From contig NC_000964.3 in assembly GCF_000009045.1 (NCBI RefSeq), forward strand, positions 2,418,001 through 2,482,000: a stretch of 64,000 nucleotides of DNA, read 5' to 3'. Origin of the DNA: Bacillus subtilis subsp. subtilis str. 168 (lineage in GTDB: Bacteria; Bacillota; Bacilli; Bacillales; Bacillaceae). How positions within the stretch are numbered: position 1 is the stretch's first letter; each line of letters opens with the position of its first letter. The notes beneath the pieces are model-generated. The model was not told the origin of the DNA. It saw only the letters and a program-made list of their open reading frames with translations, and searched no databases. The translations under genes and the position numbers were made by a program. Shown in pieces: positions 1 through 13,737 of the stretch.

Positions 1-1159
1 GTCCGGCAAGCACAAGATTTACGAATATTAAATTAAACATAATAATAGCAAAACCGATTACGGCCAGCCATGCTGACTTCTCACCGTGCCAGCCTCTTGA
101 CAGTCTTAAATGCAAGTAAGCGGCATAGAACAAAAATGTGATCAGCGCCCATACTTCCTTAGGGTCCCAGCCCCAAAATCTGGTCCACGCGAGCTGAGCC
201 CAAATCATTGCAAAGATCAGCGCGCCGAGTGTAAAGATCGGAAATCCGATTGATACGGCCCTGTACCCAACCTCATCCACCAGATCAAGATTGACGTTTT
301 TCACCAGCGGATGTAATAGAGCGCTGATTCTTTTTCTGATGATCAGACGGAGAGCCCCATACAACACAAGACCTGCTCCAAATGACCAAATGACAGTGTT
401 CACTTTTCTGCCTGAGAAAAGCGCGGGAAGATCAACAAGCGGTTCCATTCTTCCTTCGGTCAAAAGCTCTCCCTGATGCGGACCGACAAGCGCGGGCATT
501 TCGTACACCATCACGCTTTTTTCTTTACTTTTGTCCACCCAGTTAAACTCCGCTTCATAGCCTGCAAGACGAAATGCCGATGTGATTGCAATAAAGGCGA
601 CGGTTGTGACCAGGATAAACATAATCGCTTCAAGCCAGAAGGTCTTTTTGCTTGGCTTTGTCTGGTCTACATGCTTCAAAAGAAAGATGACACCAGCGAC
701 AAAGCTGATGGCAAGTATAGCTTGCCCAAGCGCGGCCGTTGTTACGTGAATATACAGCCAGTTACTTTGGAGCGAAGGAATTAAAGGCGAGATATCTGTC
801 GGAAACATGCTGGCGTAGGCAATCAGCAATAAAGCAATTGACAGCGTAAACAGGCCTAATGAAGGCAATCTATAGAGAAAATAAAGAATGATAAACGCCA
901 AAACAAGCATCATGCCAAAAGCGGTGGTGAATTCAAACATATTGCTGACAGGCGCATGGCCGCTTGCAGCCCACCTTGTGATGAAATATCCTAGGTGGCA
1001 GAAAAAACCGACAATAGAAAGGGTGATTCCAATGTTGGCCCATCGGTTTGGCCTGCCCTTTTTATCTTTATTCCCGCGTATGGCCCCGCCGAAGATTGGG
1101 ACAGCGATTAAATACACAAGAAAGGCCGCATAAAGAAAATTTCCGCTCAGCTCTGCCAT
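1..1159 (-). CDS. resC: Cytochrome c biogenesis protein ResC (CcsA-like), 3' end runs off the window
   Basis: ATG at 1159 gives [13 protein letters not shown]...; the frame stays open to base 1 and contains the WGWDPKEVW tryptophan-rich motif. Absent from the ORF track because no stop lies in the window. Confidence 0.95.
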
Positions 1160-1178
1160 GACATCACTCCCTTTTCGC

Positions 1179-2807
1179 CTATTTCTGTGTTTTGATTAAT
1201 TCTTTTTGGTCCACCGGTTCAGTCAGTCCGGAATCAGCCAATATAAATGCTAAATCCTTCTTCAGGCCAAACCAGTTTTTATTGGTATGCCCTGCTACCA
1301 TAACTGCACCGTCCTGTGAGTGCAGCCAAATTCTTCGATGCTGCCAGTACATACCTTGAATGACACCGATCATAAAAATGGCTCCGCCGACAGCAAGCAC
1401 CCAGAGTGTCAGATCCTTTCTGACTGTAAGTCCAGTAATGTTTTTCGTTTCGACATGGTCAAATTTCAGCTTGTATTTATTATTGCCTGATCCTTCGATG
1501 GTTTCTTGGATGGCGACAAAGCTCTTTTCGCCTTTCGGTTTGTCCGGCGTTATGATATTAAAGACAAAAGCCGGATTGTTAGGGATCTTTGTTTTTGTGC
1601 TCGGCTCTCCGTCCTGATTAAAATAGAAGTCAGGCAGGTAGCTGGCGATTTCCACCTTGTAACCGTTACCAAGATCATAGACTGAATCTGGATCCAGAAG
1701 GTTGATCTTCAGGCTCCCAAAGGATTTTTTTGTTTTTTTATCAATCAGCTGGAACACCATTTGGTCAAGCTGATTCTCTTTGTAATCCACCTGGTAAACG
1801 GAAAAAGAATCAAAACGCAGCGGCTGATTGACACGGATGTCTTCTTCTGTTACTTTTTCCAGCTTCGGCTTCTCGCCATAAACAATTTTTCCTTCTCTCT
1901 TGTAGAGTACGGCATCAGTTTGAAAGTTCTTTGCCACTCTACCGTCCCCGACTCTGTCAATGGCATCTGCAAATACCTTTTTTTCCGTTTTGCTGTTATA
2001 GGTCTCTACGCTGAATTGATTGTTTTTCAAATAATATTTTCCGTCTGTACCCGGAATTGCTGCGGTTTCGCCTTCTCTGACCCAAAGCGTCTCATCGACG
2101 TACATGCCAGGCACAAATCTCAGCATCGCACCAATCAGAAAGATGATCAATCCAATGTGGTTGACATACGGGCCCCAGCGGGAAAAGCGTCCTTTTTCAG
2201 CAAGAATGCTGCCCTCTTTTTCTCTGATTCTATAATGTTTTTTCTTTAATAGAGTAACTATCTTTTCTTTCGATTCCCCGTTCAGTACAGTAACTGTTTC
2301 ACTGAACAAGCGCTGCCTTCTTAAAAAGGCCGGGCTCCTTCTGACACCTTGGTTTTTTAACGCTCTATACAACGGAATGACCCGATCAAGGCTGCAAATC
2401 ACGAGTGAAATGCCGATCGAGGCAATGAGCAGCAAATACCACCAAGAACCATATAAATGATGAAACCCGAGCAAATAATAAAGCTGGCCAAACGTGCCGT
2501 ACTGCTCCTTGTAATAAGTATCAGCCTGTGCGCCCGGAGGCAGATAGGCTTCCTGGGGAAAAATGGTGCCGAACGCTGATGCGGCAAGGGTTATGACGAT
2601 AAGCCATATTCCCACCTTAACCGAGGAAAAGAAATTCCAAATTTTGTCGATGATCGTTTTGTTATAGGTTTGCGAACGTCTTGCGCTTCCGTCATATCTC
2701 ATATCAGCGAGCGGAGGTTGAGTTTCCTGAAGAGCTCTTCCGCACGATTCGCATAAAACGGTTCCGACCGGGTTTATATGTCCGCATTCACATTTGACTT
2801 GCTTCAT
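1179..2807 (-). CDS. resB: Cytochrome c biogenesis protein ResB
   Basis: 542 aa, N-terminal CECGH..LCESC, membrane segments, between resA and resC. Confidence 0.96.
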
Positions 2808-3343
2808 CCCGAAGTCTCTCCGGGTTTTATGAGATTCATATAATCGTGTATCATGCTTTCTGTCATAGTGCCGGTCACCACCTTGACAACTTTTCCTTCC
2901 GGATTGATCAAAAAGGTTGTCGGAAGCGGAGATACGTCATAGGCATCAAGCACTTGGCGATCTGTATCCAGAACAACCGGGAAATTGACTCCGTAGGATT
3001 TCATAAAATTATGTACTGCTATCTTTGACTCCCCAACATTTACAGCGACAATTTCAACACCTTGGCTTTTAAAATGCTTATATTGGTTTGCCATATAAGG
3101 AAACTCTTTTTTGCACGGTTCACACCATGTACCCCAGAAATTCAAAAAAACACCTTTCCCTTTTAAGTCACTGAGCTCGATACGTTTCCCATTCGTATCC
3201 TCTAGGACAAAATTCGGTGCGTCGGACCCTTCGGATATACTCTCTTTGCCGGCAAATACAGCGTTGTAAATGGTATAGCCGAGTGCGCAGATTAAAACGA
3301 GAAGGATGCCGGTCCGAATGAATAAACGCCTTTTTTTCTTCAT
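2804..3343 (-). CDS. resA: Thiol-disulfide oxidoreductase ResA
   Basis: WCEPC thioredoxin motif with N-terminal membrane anchor; start moved to MKKKRR. Confidence 0.96.
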   Translation of the reverse strand: MKKKRRLFIRTGILLVLICALGYTIYNAVFAGKESISEGSDAPNFVLEDTNGKRIELSDLKGKGVFLNFWGTWCEPCKKEFPYMANQYKHFKSQGVEIVAVNVGESKIAVHNFMKSYGVNFPVVLDTDRQVLDAYDVSPLPTTFLINPEGKVVKVVTGTMTESMIHDYMNLIKPGETSG

Positions 3344-3381
3344 TGTCCACTGCCCCCTTCCCCCTATTGCAGATCCATTCA

Positions 3382-3437
3382 ATTATATCATTGCACGTTC
3401 ATTTCACATTTCTTACTTTTTGAAGGTTATGTGAAAT
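3382..3437 (-). promoter_or_regulatory. resA promoter region: extended -10 plus upstream inverted repeat
   Basis: Minus-strand TGATATAAT (-10 at 3382-3387); ATTTCACAT-N19-ATGTGAAAT at 3401-3437 resembles ResD/PhoP-type half sites. Confidence 0.45.
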
Positions 3438-4172
3438 TTAGAAAGCGTTTTTACCGTGATCCGCCAGTGCTCTGAGCCTTTTTACTTCGTGAGGCGTAAG
3501 CTCTCTGGCATCGCCCGTGTGCAGGCCTCGCAGGTTTAAAAACGCGTATTCCTCACGCTTCAGCTTGATTACCTCATGTCCGATCGCTTCAAACATGCGG
3601 CGCACTTGTCTGTTGCGTCCCTCATGGATCGTCAGCTGAATAATGCTTGTCTGCTTTTTCTTATCCAAAGACAGCAGCTTCGCTTTAGCAGGCGCTGTTT
3701 TGCCTTCCTCCAGCCTAATTCCGCGCTCCAGCTTTCTGAGCAGCTCTTTAGGCGGGATTCCTTTCACCTTCGCCACGTATGTTTTGTCTATTTCATACTT
3801 AGGATGCATTAGCTTATTGGCGAATTCGCCGTCATTGGTTAAAAGCAAAAGACCGCTCGTATCATAGTCCAGACGCCCAATCGGATAAATGCGCTGCGGA
3901 ATATTTTTAAAAAAGTCCGTCACCACTTTGCGTCCTTTATCATCTTGCGCTGCGGAAATAACGCCTCTTGGTTTATATAAGAGAAAGTAAACCGGCTCTT
4001 CGCGTTCAACCTTTAACCCGTTTACCTCAATCTGATCAGAACCGGTGACCTTAACACCTAGCTCTGTTACTACTTTGCCATTCACCTTTACTTTTCCTTC
4101 TTTAATCAGCTCTTCTGCCTTTCTGCGCGACGCAACTCCGGCATGAGCAATCACTTTTTGCAGTCTTTCCAT
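3438..4172 (-). CDS. rluB: 23S rRNA pseudouridine synthase RluB
   Basis: S4 domain MERLQKVIAHAGVASRRKAEE and GRLDYDTSG catalytic motif. Confidence 0.95.
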   Translation of the reverse strand: MERLQKVIAHAGVASRRKAEELIKEGKVKVNGKVVTELGVKVTGSDQIEVNGLKVEREEPVYFLLYKPRGVISAAQDDKGRKVVTDFFKNIPQRIYPIGRLDYDTSGLLLLTNDGEFANKLMHPKYEIDKTYVAKVKGIPPKELLRKLERGIRLEEGKTAPAKAKLLSLDKKKQTSIIQLTIHEGRNRQVRRMFEAIGHEVIKLKREEYAFLNLRGLHTGDARELTPHEVKRLRALADHGKNAF

Positions 4173-4263
4173 GTCTTTCACCTCAAGTATTATCTTACTT
4201 TTTTCAACCTTAACAAACAAGCTTTTTCAAATTCCTATGCCAAATCTAAAAAAAACGCCGTTT

Positions 4264-4800
4264 TCAGGCGCTCCCAAATAATAACGTAACGATGATGATA
4301 GATGCAACTACGCCGATTAAATCTGCAAGAAGTCCCACCTTTAATGCATCACCCATTTTTTTAATGCCGACTGCTCCGAAATACACAGTCAGTACGTAAA
4401 GCGTTGTATCTGTAGATCCCTGCATGACGGAAGCCAGCCTGCCGATAAAGGAATCGGGCCCGTATACTGCAATTAAATCGGTCGTCATTCCAAGTGCGGC
4501 CGTACCGGAGATCGGGCGGATCAGAGCAAGCGGCACTACTTCAGCAGGGATGCCGATAGCGGAGAAAGCCGGTTTTAAAAGATCCATTATAAAATCAAGC
4601 GCGCCTGATGATCTGAAAACAGTTATAGCGACAAGCATTCCGACTAAATAGGGGATAATGGAAAAGGCAATTTCTATCCCCTCTTTCCCGCCTTCGACAA
4701 ACGATTCATATGTCGGAACCTTTTTGATCGTTCCATAAAGAAGAATTCCGGCAATAATGATTGGAATCATGGCTAAAGACAGCCAGTTGATGATTTCCAT
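4264..4800 (-). CDS. spmB: Spore maturation protein B
   Basis: Hydrophobic protein of about 178 aa downstream of spmA. Confidence 0.93.
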   Translation of the reverse strand: MEIINWLSLAMIPIIIAGILLYGTIKKVPTYESFVEGGKEGIEIAFSIIPYLVGMLVAITVFRSSGALDFIMDLLKPAFSAIGIPAEVVPLALIRPISGTAALGMTTDLIAVYGPDSFIGRLASVMQGSTDTTLYVLTVYFGAVGIKKMGDALKVGLLADLIGVVASIIIVTLLFGSA

Positions 4801-4804
4801 CCGC

Positions 4805-5395
4805 TCACCTTCCCTTCTTTTTGCGGCGGTAATAAAAATACCGATCAATGATAATGGCACCGATTCCGGAAATAAGCGTTGCCAAAATGCTTGGCCCGAC
4901 GATATCTGTCGGCGTTTTGGAGGAATAAGCCATTCGGACAGCGATCACCGTTGTCGGGATGAGTGTGATGCAGGACGTATTAACAGCTAAAAAAGTAATC
5001 ATCGACCGGCTTGCTTCCGATCGGTTTCCGTTCAGCTTTTTCATTTGTTCCATTGCTTTAATGCCAAGCGGAGTTGCTGCATTTCCGAGGCCGAAGAAAT
5101 TCGCCATAAGATTAGATAAAATATAGCCCATCGCCGGGTGATCCGGCGGTATATCAGGGAACAGTTTAGATATAAAAGGTCTGCACATCCGGCTGAAAAT
5201 ATCCAAAAGCCCTGACTGCTCGGCGATTTTCATTAAGCCAAGCCAGAAAACAAGCACGCTCATCAATCCAAATGAGATCGTAATCGCTTCTTTCGCACCC
5301 TTAAACACGGCTTCATTTACATCTTGCAGAGTTCCGTTGCACATCGCAAAAACGAGTCCGATCACGGTTAAACTGACCCAAATTATATTGACCAT
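4805..5395 (-). CDS. spmA: Spore maturation protein A
   Basis: [14 protein letters not shown] motif; overlaps the dacB stop. Confidence 0.94.
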
Positions 5396-6531
5396 TTTGC
5401 TCCGCCTGCCGCATTCAGAAAGATTGATTTAAACGTTTCAAAAAATTGTTTCTTCGGTTTTTGATGCCGCTCATTTTCATAATAGATCGGCACTTTTGCG
5501 ATGGTTGCATCGTTGAACATGATCTCCATGTGCCCTACGATGTCAGGGATTTTCGAGGCATCTTTTTCCCATGCTTTTTTCGGCTTGAGCAGTGTGGTAT
5601 TAATTTTTACATTTTCTTTTTCCTCTTCGGTCAGCAAATAGGTGATATCACGTTTGATAAAAGCCTTCGATTCATAAAATGTGCCTTTCAGCTTTGGAAT
5701 ATCCCCTTTTTTTGCAATTAAATAGGTTTGATAATGCTCAAACACATAGTTAAACATCTTCATATGGTCATCCCAATCATTAGGGTCATTAATGGTGACG
5801 GCTATCAGGTCAATGCCGTCCTTTGAAGCCGTAGAGACCAGTGTCCGTTTTGCAAGTTTTGTATAGCCTGTTTTTCCTCCTGTGCTGTACGGATAAAGCA
5901 TGGTCAGCAGTTTGTTTTTGTTTTTCCATACGCTTTCCATCGTTTCCGCTTTGTATATTTTTGTGCCTGAAATCTTTTGATAGTCTTTCAGCTTCATAGC
6001 ATACTTAGTTAAAATGGCCATGTCATAGGCTGTTGAATAATGATTTTCATGGTCGTCCAATCCGTGCGGGTTTTGAAAACGGGTGTTTTTCATACCAAGC
6101 TGCTCGGCTTTTTGATTCATCATATAAACAAACCCATCGAGGCTCCCACCGACATGCTCAGCAATCGCGACAGCGGCATCGTTTCCTGATCTTAGCATCA
6201 GGCCATACACAAGATCTTTCAGCTTCACTTTTTGACCTTCTGTTAAATAAATGGCGGAGCCTTCTGTTCTGACAGCATTTGCCGAAACCGTCACTGTTTG
6301 ATCCATTTTGCCGGATTCGATGGCGAGGACGGCGGTCATAATTTTTGTGATGCTCGCGATCCGCCTTTTTTGATGCTCATCCTTGGCATATAACACTCTG
6401 CCTGACGCACCGTCAATAATGATCGCGCTTTTTGCACTGACATCTATAGCAGCATGTGCTGTATTCACATTTACGGTTGCAATAAGAAAAGAAATCATGA
6501 TCACGAATACTGCTTTTTTGAAAATGCGCAT
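5383..6531 (-). CDS. dacB: D-alanyl-D-alanine carboxypeptidase PBP5*
   Basis: SITK, SGN and KTG penicillin-binding motifs; signal peptide. Confidence 0.96.
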
Positions 6532-6562
6532 GTTTGCTCACGTCCTTGTGGTGGTTTGTACA

Positions 6563-6590
6563 AGTTTATGCGCATGTCCATCAGTTATGA
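6563..6590 (-). promoter_or_regulatory. Sigma-E-type promoter of dacB-spmAB
   Basis: Minus strand TCATAAC-N13-CATAAACT. Confidence 0.65.
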
Positions 6591-6619
6591 ATAACAATTA
6601 TATTTCTGGAAGCAAACAT

Positions 6620-6648
6620 AAAAAAACTCTCCCTGAAAAAGGGAGAGT
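6620..6648 (-). terminator. Intrinsic terminator after scpAB-ypuI
   Basis: ACTCTCCC/GGGAGAGT stem followed by a T-run on the minus strand. Confidence 0.75.
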
Positions 6649-6653
6649 AAACG

Positions 6654-7193
6654 TTATCTGATTGGCGCCATGCTTGATCCGGACGCTTCGTAATGAGCCA
6701 GCTCTTCCCTCATCTTCAGAAAGGCCGCGCTCAACGGCAATAATAATTGCTCAAGCGACGCAGGAACAGCATGATAAAACTCAATTGCGCTGACCCCGGT
6801 ATAAGACGCCCGGCTATTTTCACACCACGTGTCTTTTTTCGGCATAAAGAACTCTTCAATGCATTGGTGATACACATTATAAAGTGTTTTTTCCGCTCTG
6901 GCTTCCTGAAAAGGCTCCTGCATCAGGAGACGACGGCACGCTTCTGCGCCTCCTTCACAAAATACTGCCATTCTTCTCAGAGTGCTAAGCACATCACAGC
7001 AGTATCCTTTTTCAATAGGCAATTCAGCCTGTAAGGACTCAAGCGTCGTTTGATTTAGGTAATCGTTCACGGTATTGACAACCATTGATAAGAATTCGCC
7101 TGTTTTTTGAGTCTGCGCTCGCACAATCGAATGTCCCATTTCGTTTGGTATCTTCCCCTCATGTATTTGTCTCTCACATTTTGCTTCTTTCAT
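6654..7193 (-). CDS. ypuI: Conserved hypothetical protein YpuI
   Basis: 179-aa ORF with RBS downstream of scpB. Confidence 0.85.
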   Translation of the reverse strand: MKEAKCERQIHEGKIPNEMGHSIVRAQTQKTGEFLSMVVNTVNDYLNQTTLESLQAELPIEKGYCCDVLSTLRRMAVFCEGGAEACRRLLMQEPFQEARAEKTLYNVYHQCIEEFFMPKKDTWCENSRASYTGVSAIEFYHAVPASLEQLLLPLSAAFLKMREELAHYEASGSSMAPIR

Positions 7194-7247
7194 GATAGCT
7201 TCTTCCTTATATCTTATGATGATGAAAAAGCGCGATTCATTAAACTT

Positions 7248-7841
7248 CTATTTTATATCTTCGAAGGTTTGGTTAAAGTTTTCAAAAAATAAATCTGCTT
7301 CTTCTTGAAGAACGTCTTCTTCCGCATTTTCAGGCAGCGGCGGAAGCTCGTCCAGCGTTTTCAGACCGAATTGTTCAAGAAAAGTCGGCGTAGTACCGTA
7401 TAAAATGGCCCGCCCCGGACCATCGGCACGCCCTACTTCACACAATAGCGCCTTCGCGACAAGACTGTGTAAAATCCGCTCTGATTTTACTCCTCTGATT
7501 TCTTCAATTTCTGCTCTCGTAATTGGCTGTTTGTATGAAACAATGGCCAGTACTTCTAAAGATGCTTGAGAAAGGCCCTTTGACGGCACTTCAATCAGTT
7601 TTTTCAAGTAAGGCGCAAAGTCTTTTTTGGTAGAGAGCATGTACGTATCTGCATACTCAATAAGTTCAATCCCTCGTGTATCTCCGCGGTATTCGTCCGC
7701 CACATCCGCCATGATCGTGTTCAGTTCAGGCTCTTCGATTTCAAGCACTGTTAACAGCTGCTTTTTTGTAAGCCCTTCATCGCCTGCCGCATAAAGAAGG
7801 GCTTCCACAATAGCTTTCCAATTCACGATATCAAGCCCCAT
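7248..7841 (-). CDS. scpB: SMC complex subunit ScpB
   Basis: [29 protein letters not shown] winged-helix signature. Confidence 0.96.
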   Translation of the reverse strand: MGLDIVNWKAIVEALLYAAGDEGLTKKQLLTVLEIEEPELNTIMADVADEYRGDTRGIELIEYADTYMLSTKKDFAPYLKKLIEVPSKGLSQASLEVLAIVSYKQPITRAEIEEIRGVKSERILHSLVAKALLCEVGRADGPGRAILYGTTPTFLEQFGLKTLDELPPLPENAEEDVLQEEADLFFENFNQTFEDIK

Positions 7842-8586
7842 GAATGGATTCACTCCCCGTAATGTAAATATCTGAAAAATTGTGCTCCTGTTCAATGAGG
7901 ACCAGCTGATTTTTCATCAGCTCAAGAACAGCTAGAAAGGTCACTACTAAATGTTCTTTTTGCTCATATGGAAACAGATCCATAAAGTTAATTCTCGTTC
8001 CTCTAGATTTCAAGCTGTGCACGATTTCGTTCATTCTGGCTTCGATTGGTATGTCCTGTCTTGTAATTGTTGTTTCCATCGGCCTGTTTATTTTTTTGCG
8101 TTTCAGCACTTTTTGAAAAGCTCCGATCATATCATAGACCGTGACAGAGAGCTTTTGCTCAGACTGTTTTACTTCTTTTGCATATTCACTCAAATCACTC
8201 GGCGGTTTCGTGAACGATTTTTGTCTTTCTTCTTCCCGTTCTTTTAAATCCTTCGCCGCATCTTTATATTTTCGGTACTCAATCAGCTTTTCAATCAGTT
8301 CCTCCCGCGGATCTTCTTCTTCAAGTAATTCATCTTCAAAAAGCTCCTCCTCTTGCTTCGGGAGCAGCATTCTGCTTTTAATGCTGAGCAGCGTGGCAGC
8401 CATAACCAAATACTCGCTGGCAATGTCGAGCTCAAGCACGCGCATCGTATGTACATATAATAAATATTGTTCAGTGATCTTCGCCACAGGTATATCATAT
8501 ATGTCAATTTCAAGACGATTGATTAAATGAAGCAGCAGGTCCAATGGGCCCTCAAACGTATCAATTTTCACTTGATATTCTTCCAT
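7831..8586 (-). CDS. scpA: SMC complex kleisin ScpA
   Basis: [13 protein letters not shown]-terminus; [13 protein letters not shown]-terminus. Confidence 0.96.
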   Translation of the reverse strand: MEEYQVKIDTFEGPLDLLLHLINRLEIDIYDIPVAKITEQYLLYVHTMRVLELDIASEYLVMAATLLSIKSRMLLPKQEEELFEDELLEEEDPREELIEKLIEYRKYKDAAKDLKEREEERQKSFTKPPSDLSEYAKEVKQSEQKLSVTVYDMIGAFQKVLKRKKINRPMETTITRQDIPIEARMNEIVHSLKSRGTRINFMDLFPYEQKEHLVVTFLAVLELMKNQLVLIEQEHNFSDIYITGSESIHGA

Positions 8587-8866
8587 CATCTCACCATTTT
8601 CAAGTATCACTCTCATTGCCGGAAAAACTGGCTACCCTATAGTATAAGCCACCAAAAAGCTCTCGTCCAATACTATTTCATATCCTGTTTTGAAGGAGTT
8701 TGTACAGAATATTCAAAACACAAGAGGTGTTTGCTCGGAGCGCAGAAGCGGGAGAAAAAGCCTTTGCTTCTGGTTTTCCTTTCTAAGAAGCACTAGAGGC
8801 CGGGCGTTCTTTTTTCCTTTTATCCCTTCTATGGTACACTAAAAGCACATTAAAGGAGGAAGCACC

Positions 8867-9391
8867 TTGTATCCGAAAGCTTATATAGATTATCTCGTTG
8901 AGTTTCATGCGACACGGGATTATTTTGAATGCCATGAAATATTAGAAGAATATTGGAAGGAAGATCCGCCAAAGAAACGAAAACGCTATTGGGTGGGCTT
9001 TATTCAGCTTGCAGTGGCTTTATATCATCACAGAAGGCAGAATACAGCCGGGGCAAAAAGACTGATGGCGAACAGCATCCGGATTCTTCAAGCAGAACAC
9101 CGGGCAGTCGAAGACTTAGGGCTTGATCATGGCCGTTTGCTCGAACTTATGCAATCGGTTTACGAACAAATCGAAACCGTCTCTGCCTATAAAAGCATTA
9201 TACTGCCAATCAAAGATGAGAAACTGGAGGAAGCATGCAGGATCGAATGCAGGAAAAAAAAGTATACATGGGGGCAGCCCAGTGCACTCAGCAACATATT
9301 TCTTATCGACAAACACCGTTTGCGGGATCGGACTGACGTCATCCGTGAACGTGAAAAAGAAATAGAACGCAGAAAAAAAAGCAGAGACTGA
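8867..9391 (+). CDS. ypuF: DUF309-type hypothetical protein YpuF
   Basis: TTG start after AAGGAGG; YFECHEILEEYW motif. Confidence 0.85.
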   Translation: MYPKAYIDYLVEFHATRDYFECHEILEEYWKEDPPKKRKRYWVGFIQLAVALYHHRRQNTAGAKRLMANSIRILQAEHRAVEDLGLDHGRLLELMQSVYEQIETVSAYKSIILPIKDEKLEEACRIECRKKKYTWGQPSALSNIFLIDKHRLRDRTDVIREREKEIERRKKSRD

Positions 9392-9404
9392 TCACAGCCT
9401 CTGC
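9373..9404 (-). terminator. Terminator of the rib operon, overlapping the ypuF end
   Basis: GCAGAGGCTG/CAGTCTCTGC stem plus 8 T on the minus strand. Confidence 0.75.
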
Positions 9405-9812
<408 letters not shown>

Positions 9813-9891
9813 CTATTAACGGATACGAATAGGTGATCCGTTTTCTCACATTATATCATTTTCGCCATATTTTTAAACTGTTTTCAGCAAA

Positions 9892-10356
9892 TTATTCAAA
9901 TGAGCGGTTTAAATTTGCCATTTCAATGGCAGAAACAGCACAATCTACACCTTTGTTGCCCGCTTTTGTGCCGGCACGCTCGATAGCCTGTTCGATGTTT
10001 TCAGTTGTTACAATTCCAAAGATGACAGGTACACCAGTAGTGTTTGCTGCTTGCGCGATGCCTTTTGCAGCTTCATTGCAGACATAATCGTAATGTGTCG
10101 TTGCGCCTCTGATGACAGTGCCCAATGTGATAATAGCATCATATTTTTTTGTTTCCGCCATTTTTTTCGCAGCAAACGGTATTTCAAATGCGCCTGGAAC
10201 CCAAGCCACATCAATGTCATTTGTGTCTACGCCATGTCTGAGCAGCGCATCTTCTGCTCCGCTCAGCAGCTTGCTCGTAATAAAATCATTAAATCTTCCT
10301 ACTACGATTCCGATTTTAAGACCTGTACCAACTAAATTTCCTTGTATGATATTCAT
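9892..10356 (-). CDS. ribH: 6,7-dimethyl-8-ribityllumazine synthase
   Basis: VPGAFEIP and GTKAGNKG motifs. Confidence 0.97.
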   Translation of the reverse strand: MNIIQGNLVGTGLKIGIVVGRFNDFITSKLLSGAEDALLRHGVDTNDIDVAWVPGAFEIPFAAKKMAETKKYDAIITLGTVIRGATTHYDYVCNEAAKGIAQAANTTGVPVIFGIVTTENIEQAIERAGTKAGNKGVDCAVSAIEMANLNRSFE

Positions 10357-10388
10357 ATGATTCCCATCCTTTTTTGTGATATTTGTGA

Positions 10389-11585
10389 TTAGAAATGAAG
10401 TAAATGACCTAGCTTGTTCATTTTGGTTTGCAAATATTTTTTATTGTGTTCTTTCGCCTCCATTTGAAGCGGCACTCTTTCTGAAATACTGAGTCCGTAG
10501 CCTTCAAGGCCTGCGATTTTTCGCGGATTATTCGTCAAAAGCTTCATATTCCGGACACCGAGGTCGCGTAAAATTTGTGCTCCGATGCCATAGTTGCGAA
10601 GATCCGGCAAGAATCCAAGCGCCTCATTGGCTTCTACGGTGTCATAGCCTTGTTCCTGAAGCTTATAAGCTTTTAATTTATTGATTAAACCGATGCCTCG
10701 TCCTTCTTGGCGCAAGTACAGGAGCACTCCACGGCCTTCTGCGGCAATTTGGTTCAGCGCGGCGTGCAGCTGCGGTCCGCAATCACAGCGATGAGAGCCA
10801 AACACGTCACCTGTGAGACATTCTGAATGCACCCGGACCAATACCGGTTCTTCTCCGAACGGCACATCTCCCATCACAAATGCGACATGCTCTTTTCCAT
10901 CTACCTCATTTGTGTATCCATAAACCTTAAATGTCCCAAAATCAGTAGGCAGCGTAATGTCAACTTCACGCTCGACAAGTGTTGTCAGATTGTAACGGTA
11001 TTGAATCAAATCCTTAATGGTGATCATTTTTAATTGATGCTTTTTCGCAATTTCAATGAGCTCAGGCACTCTCGCCATCGTTCCGTCTTCATTCATAATT
11101 TCACAAATGACGCCGGCTCCTGGAGATCCGCAAGCTTCAGCAAGATCAACAGCAGCTTCTGTATGGCCCGCTCTTTTCAGGACACCTCCTTTTTTCGCAA
11201 TCAGTGGAAAAATGTGCCCCGGACGCTGAAAATCAGATGGCACGGATTTGCTGTCCAGCAATGCTTGAACGGTAAAAGATCTTTCTTGAGCGCTGATACC
11301 TGTCTTCGTTTCACGATGGTCTATGCTTACGGTAAATGCAGTGTGGTGAGAGTCTGTATTATGCTCAACCATAGGGTGAAGATCAAGCCTGTCTGCGATT
11401 TCCTCACTGAGCGGCGTGCAGATCAGTCCTCTCCCATGTGTCGCCATAAAGTTAATGACTTCCGGCGTTGCATGCTCGGCAAGAGCCACAAAGTCTCCTT
11501 CATTTTCTCTGTCTTCATCATCTACAACGATGATGACTTCGCCTTTTTTTAAAGCGTCCAGTGCTTCTTCTATCGGATGAAACAT
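10389..11585 (-). CDS. ribBA: Bifunctional DHBP synthase / GTP cyclohydrolase II
   Basis: [10 protein letters not shown] and [17 protein letters not shown] motifs. Confidence 0.97.
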
Positions 11586-11599
11586 GCAAATCTTCCTCT

Positions 11600-12247
11600 C
11601 TAAAAGCCGTTTTCGCTTAAGAAGGCTTTTGTAATGGTTTGTTGGGTCTTATTTTCATTGGCTTTATGCAAAAATCGATACATATATTTTCCGATCATAT
11701 CGCATTCGATATTCACTTTAGAGCCGATCGTTTTTTCTGAAAAGATCGTTTCGCTGATCGTATGCGGTATTAAGGAGATCGTCACTGTGTCTTCTGTCAG
11801 GCCGAATATGGTTAAGCTCACGCCATCCACAGTAATTGATCCCTTTAAAACCAATGTTTTTGTTAATGACGGGTCCATTTTTAAATCATAGTAAACTGCG
11901 TTGCTTTTCTCTTCAATTCGTGTGATTTCCGCAGTTCCGTCGACATGGCCTGAGACGAAATGGCCTCCGAAACGGCCGTTTGCCGCCATCGCTCTTTCCA
12001 GATTTACTTTGCTTCCTTTTGTTAAATCATTCAGTGACGTAGCTTTGACTGTTTCAGGCATAACATCCACTGTGAATTGATTTTTTGTAAAATCAGTGAC
12101 AGTCAGACAAATGCCGTTCACTGCAATGCTGTCGCCAAGATGAACATCCTCTAAAATCTTTGAGCATTTAATAGTTAAGGCCATTGCATGCCCTGCTTTT
12201 TTCATGGATTCGATTGTGCCTGTTTCTTCGATAATTCCTGTAAACAT
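11600..12247 (-). CDS. ribE: Riboflavin synthase
   Basis: MFTGIIEE N-terminus. Confidence 0.97.
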   Translation of the reverse strand: MFTGIIEETGTIESMKKAGHAMALTIKCSKILEDVHLGDSIAVNGICLTVTDFTKNQFTVDVMPETVKATSLNDLTKGSKVNLERAMAANGRFGGHFVSGHVDGTAEITRIEEKSNAVYYDLKMDPSLTKTLVLKGSITVDGVSLTIFGLTEDTVTISLIPHTISETIFSEKTIGSKVNIECDMIGKYMYRFLHKANENKTQQTITKAFLSENGF

Positions 12248-12257
12248 GGTCACCATC

Positions 12258-13364
<1,107 letters not shown>

Positions 13365-13376
13365 TTATTTACCGTC

Positions 13377-13412
13377 AAAAAAGCCCCGAATTTATAAAAA
13401 ATTCGGGGCTTT
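13377..13412 (-). terminator. Riboswitch-controlled attenuator terminator of the rib leader
   Basis: AAAGCCCCGAAT/ATTCGGGGCTTT perfect stem then T-run, upstream of ribD. Confidence 0.9.
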
Positions 13413-13474
13413 AGGTATTTTACGCAATAGGAAATAACACTATGCATTTTTAAACATTTTGCATAGCGGCTCAT

Positions 13475-13620
13475 CATCCTTCTCCCATCCAGACTTTCAC
13501 TGTCGGCTTCAGCTTAAACTGAATCCACCGCGTGCTTATGCACACGGGTCACGGGCTCTAAAGCAAATGTGCTTTACTACCGCCGGTCGGGATTTCCACC
13601 CTGCCCCGAAGGATACAATC
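13475..13620 (-). ncRNA. FMN riboswitch (RFN element)
   Basis: Minus strand TCCTTCGGGGCAGGGTGGAAATCCCGACCGGCGGT ... GCCGACAGTGAAAGTCTGGATGGGAGAAGGA. Confidence 0.97.
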
Positions 13621-13644
13621 TTTATTCATTTGTCCTTATTGGTT

Positions 13645-13673
13645 ATTATAGCGATCCTTTTTAAAGTACGCAA
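13645..13673 (-). promoter_or_regulatory. Sigma-A promoter of the rib operon
   Basis: TTGCGT-N17-TATAAT. Confidence 0.85.
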
Positions 13674-13701
13674 TGAAATAAACTTACAATTTGAGAAAAA
13701 C

Positions 13702-13737
13702 AAAACATCACCCTTCGATCCGAAAGGTGATGTTTTT
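13702..13737. terminator. Terminator after ypuD
   Basis: AAAACATCACC/GGTGATGTTTT stem. Confidence 0.7.

Noticed and set aside
1761-2249. 162-aa ORF antisense to resB
   Set aside because: Shadow of a conserved gene; no motif
8527-8796. + strand ORF in the scpA-ypuF gap
   Set aside because: Overlaps the scpA start and promoter (TTGGAC-N18-TATACT); no RBS
11034-11552. 172-aa ORF antisense to ribBA
   Set aside because: Shadow of a conserved enzyme gene
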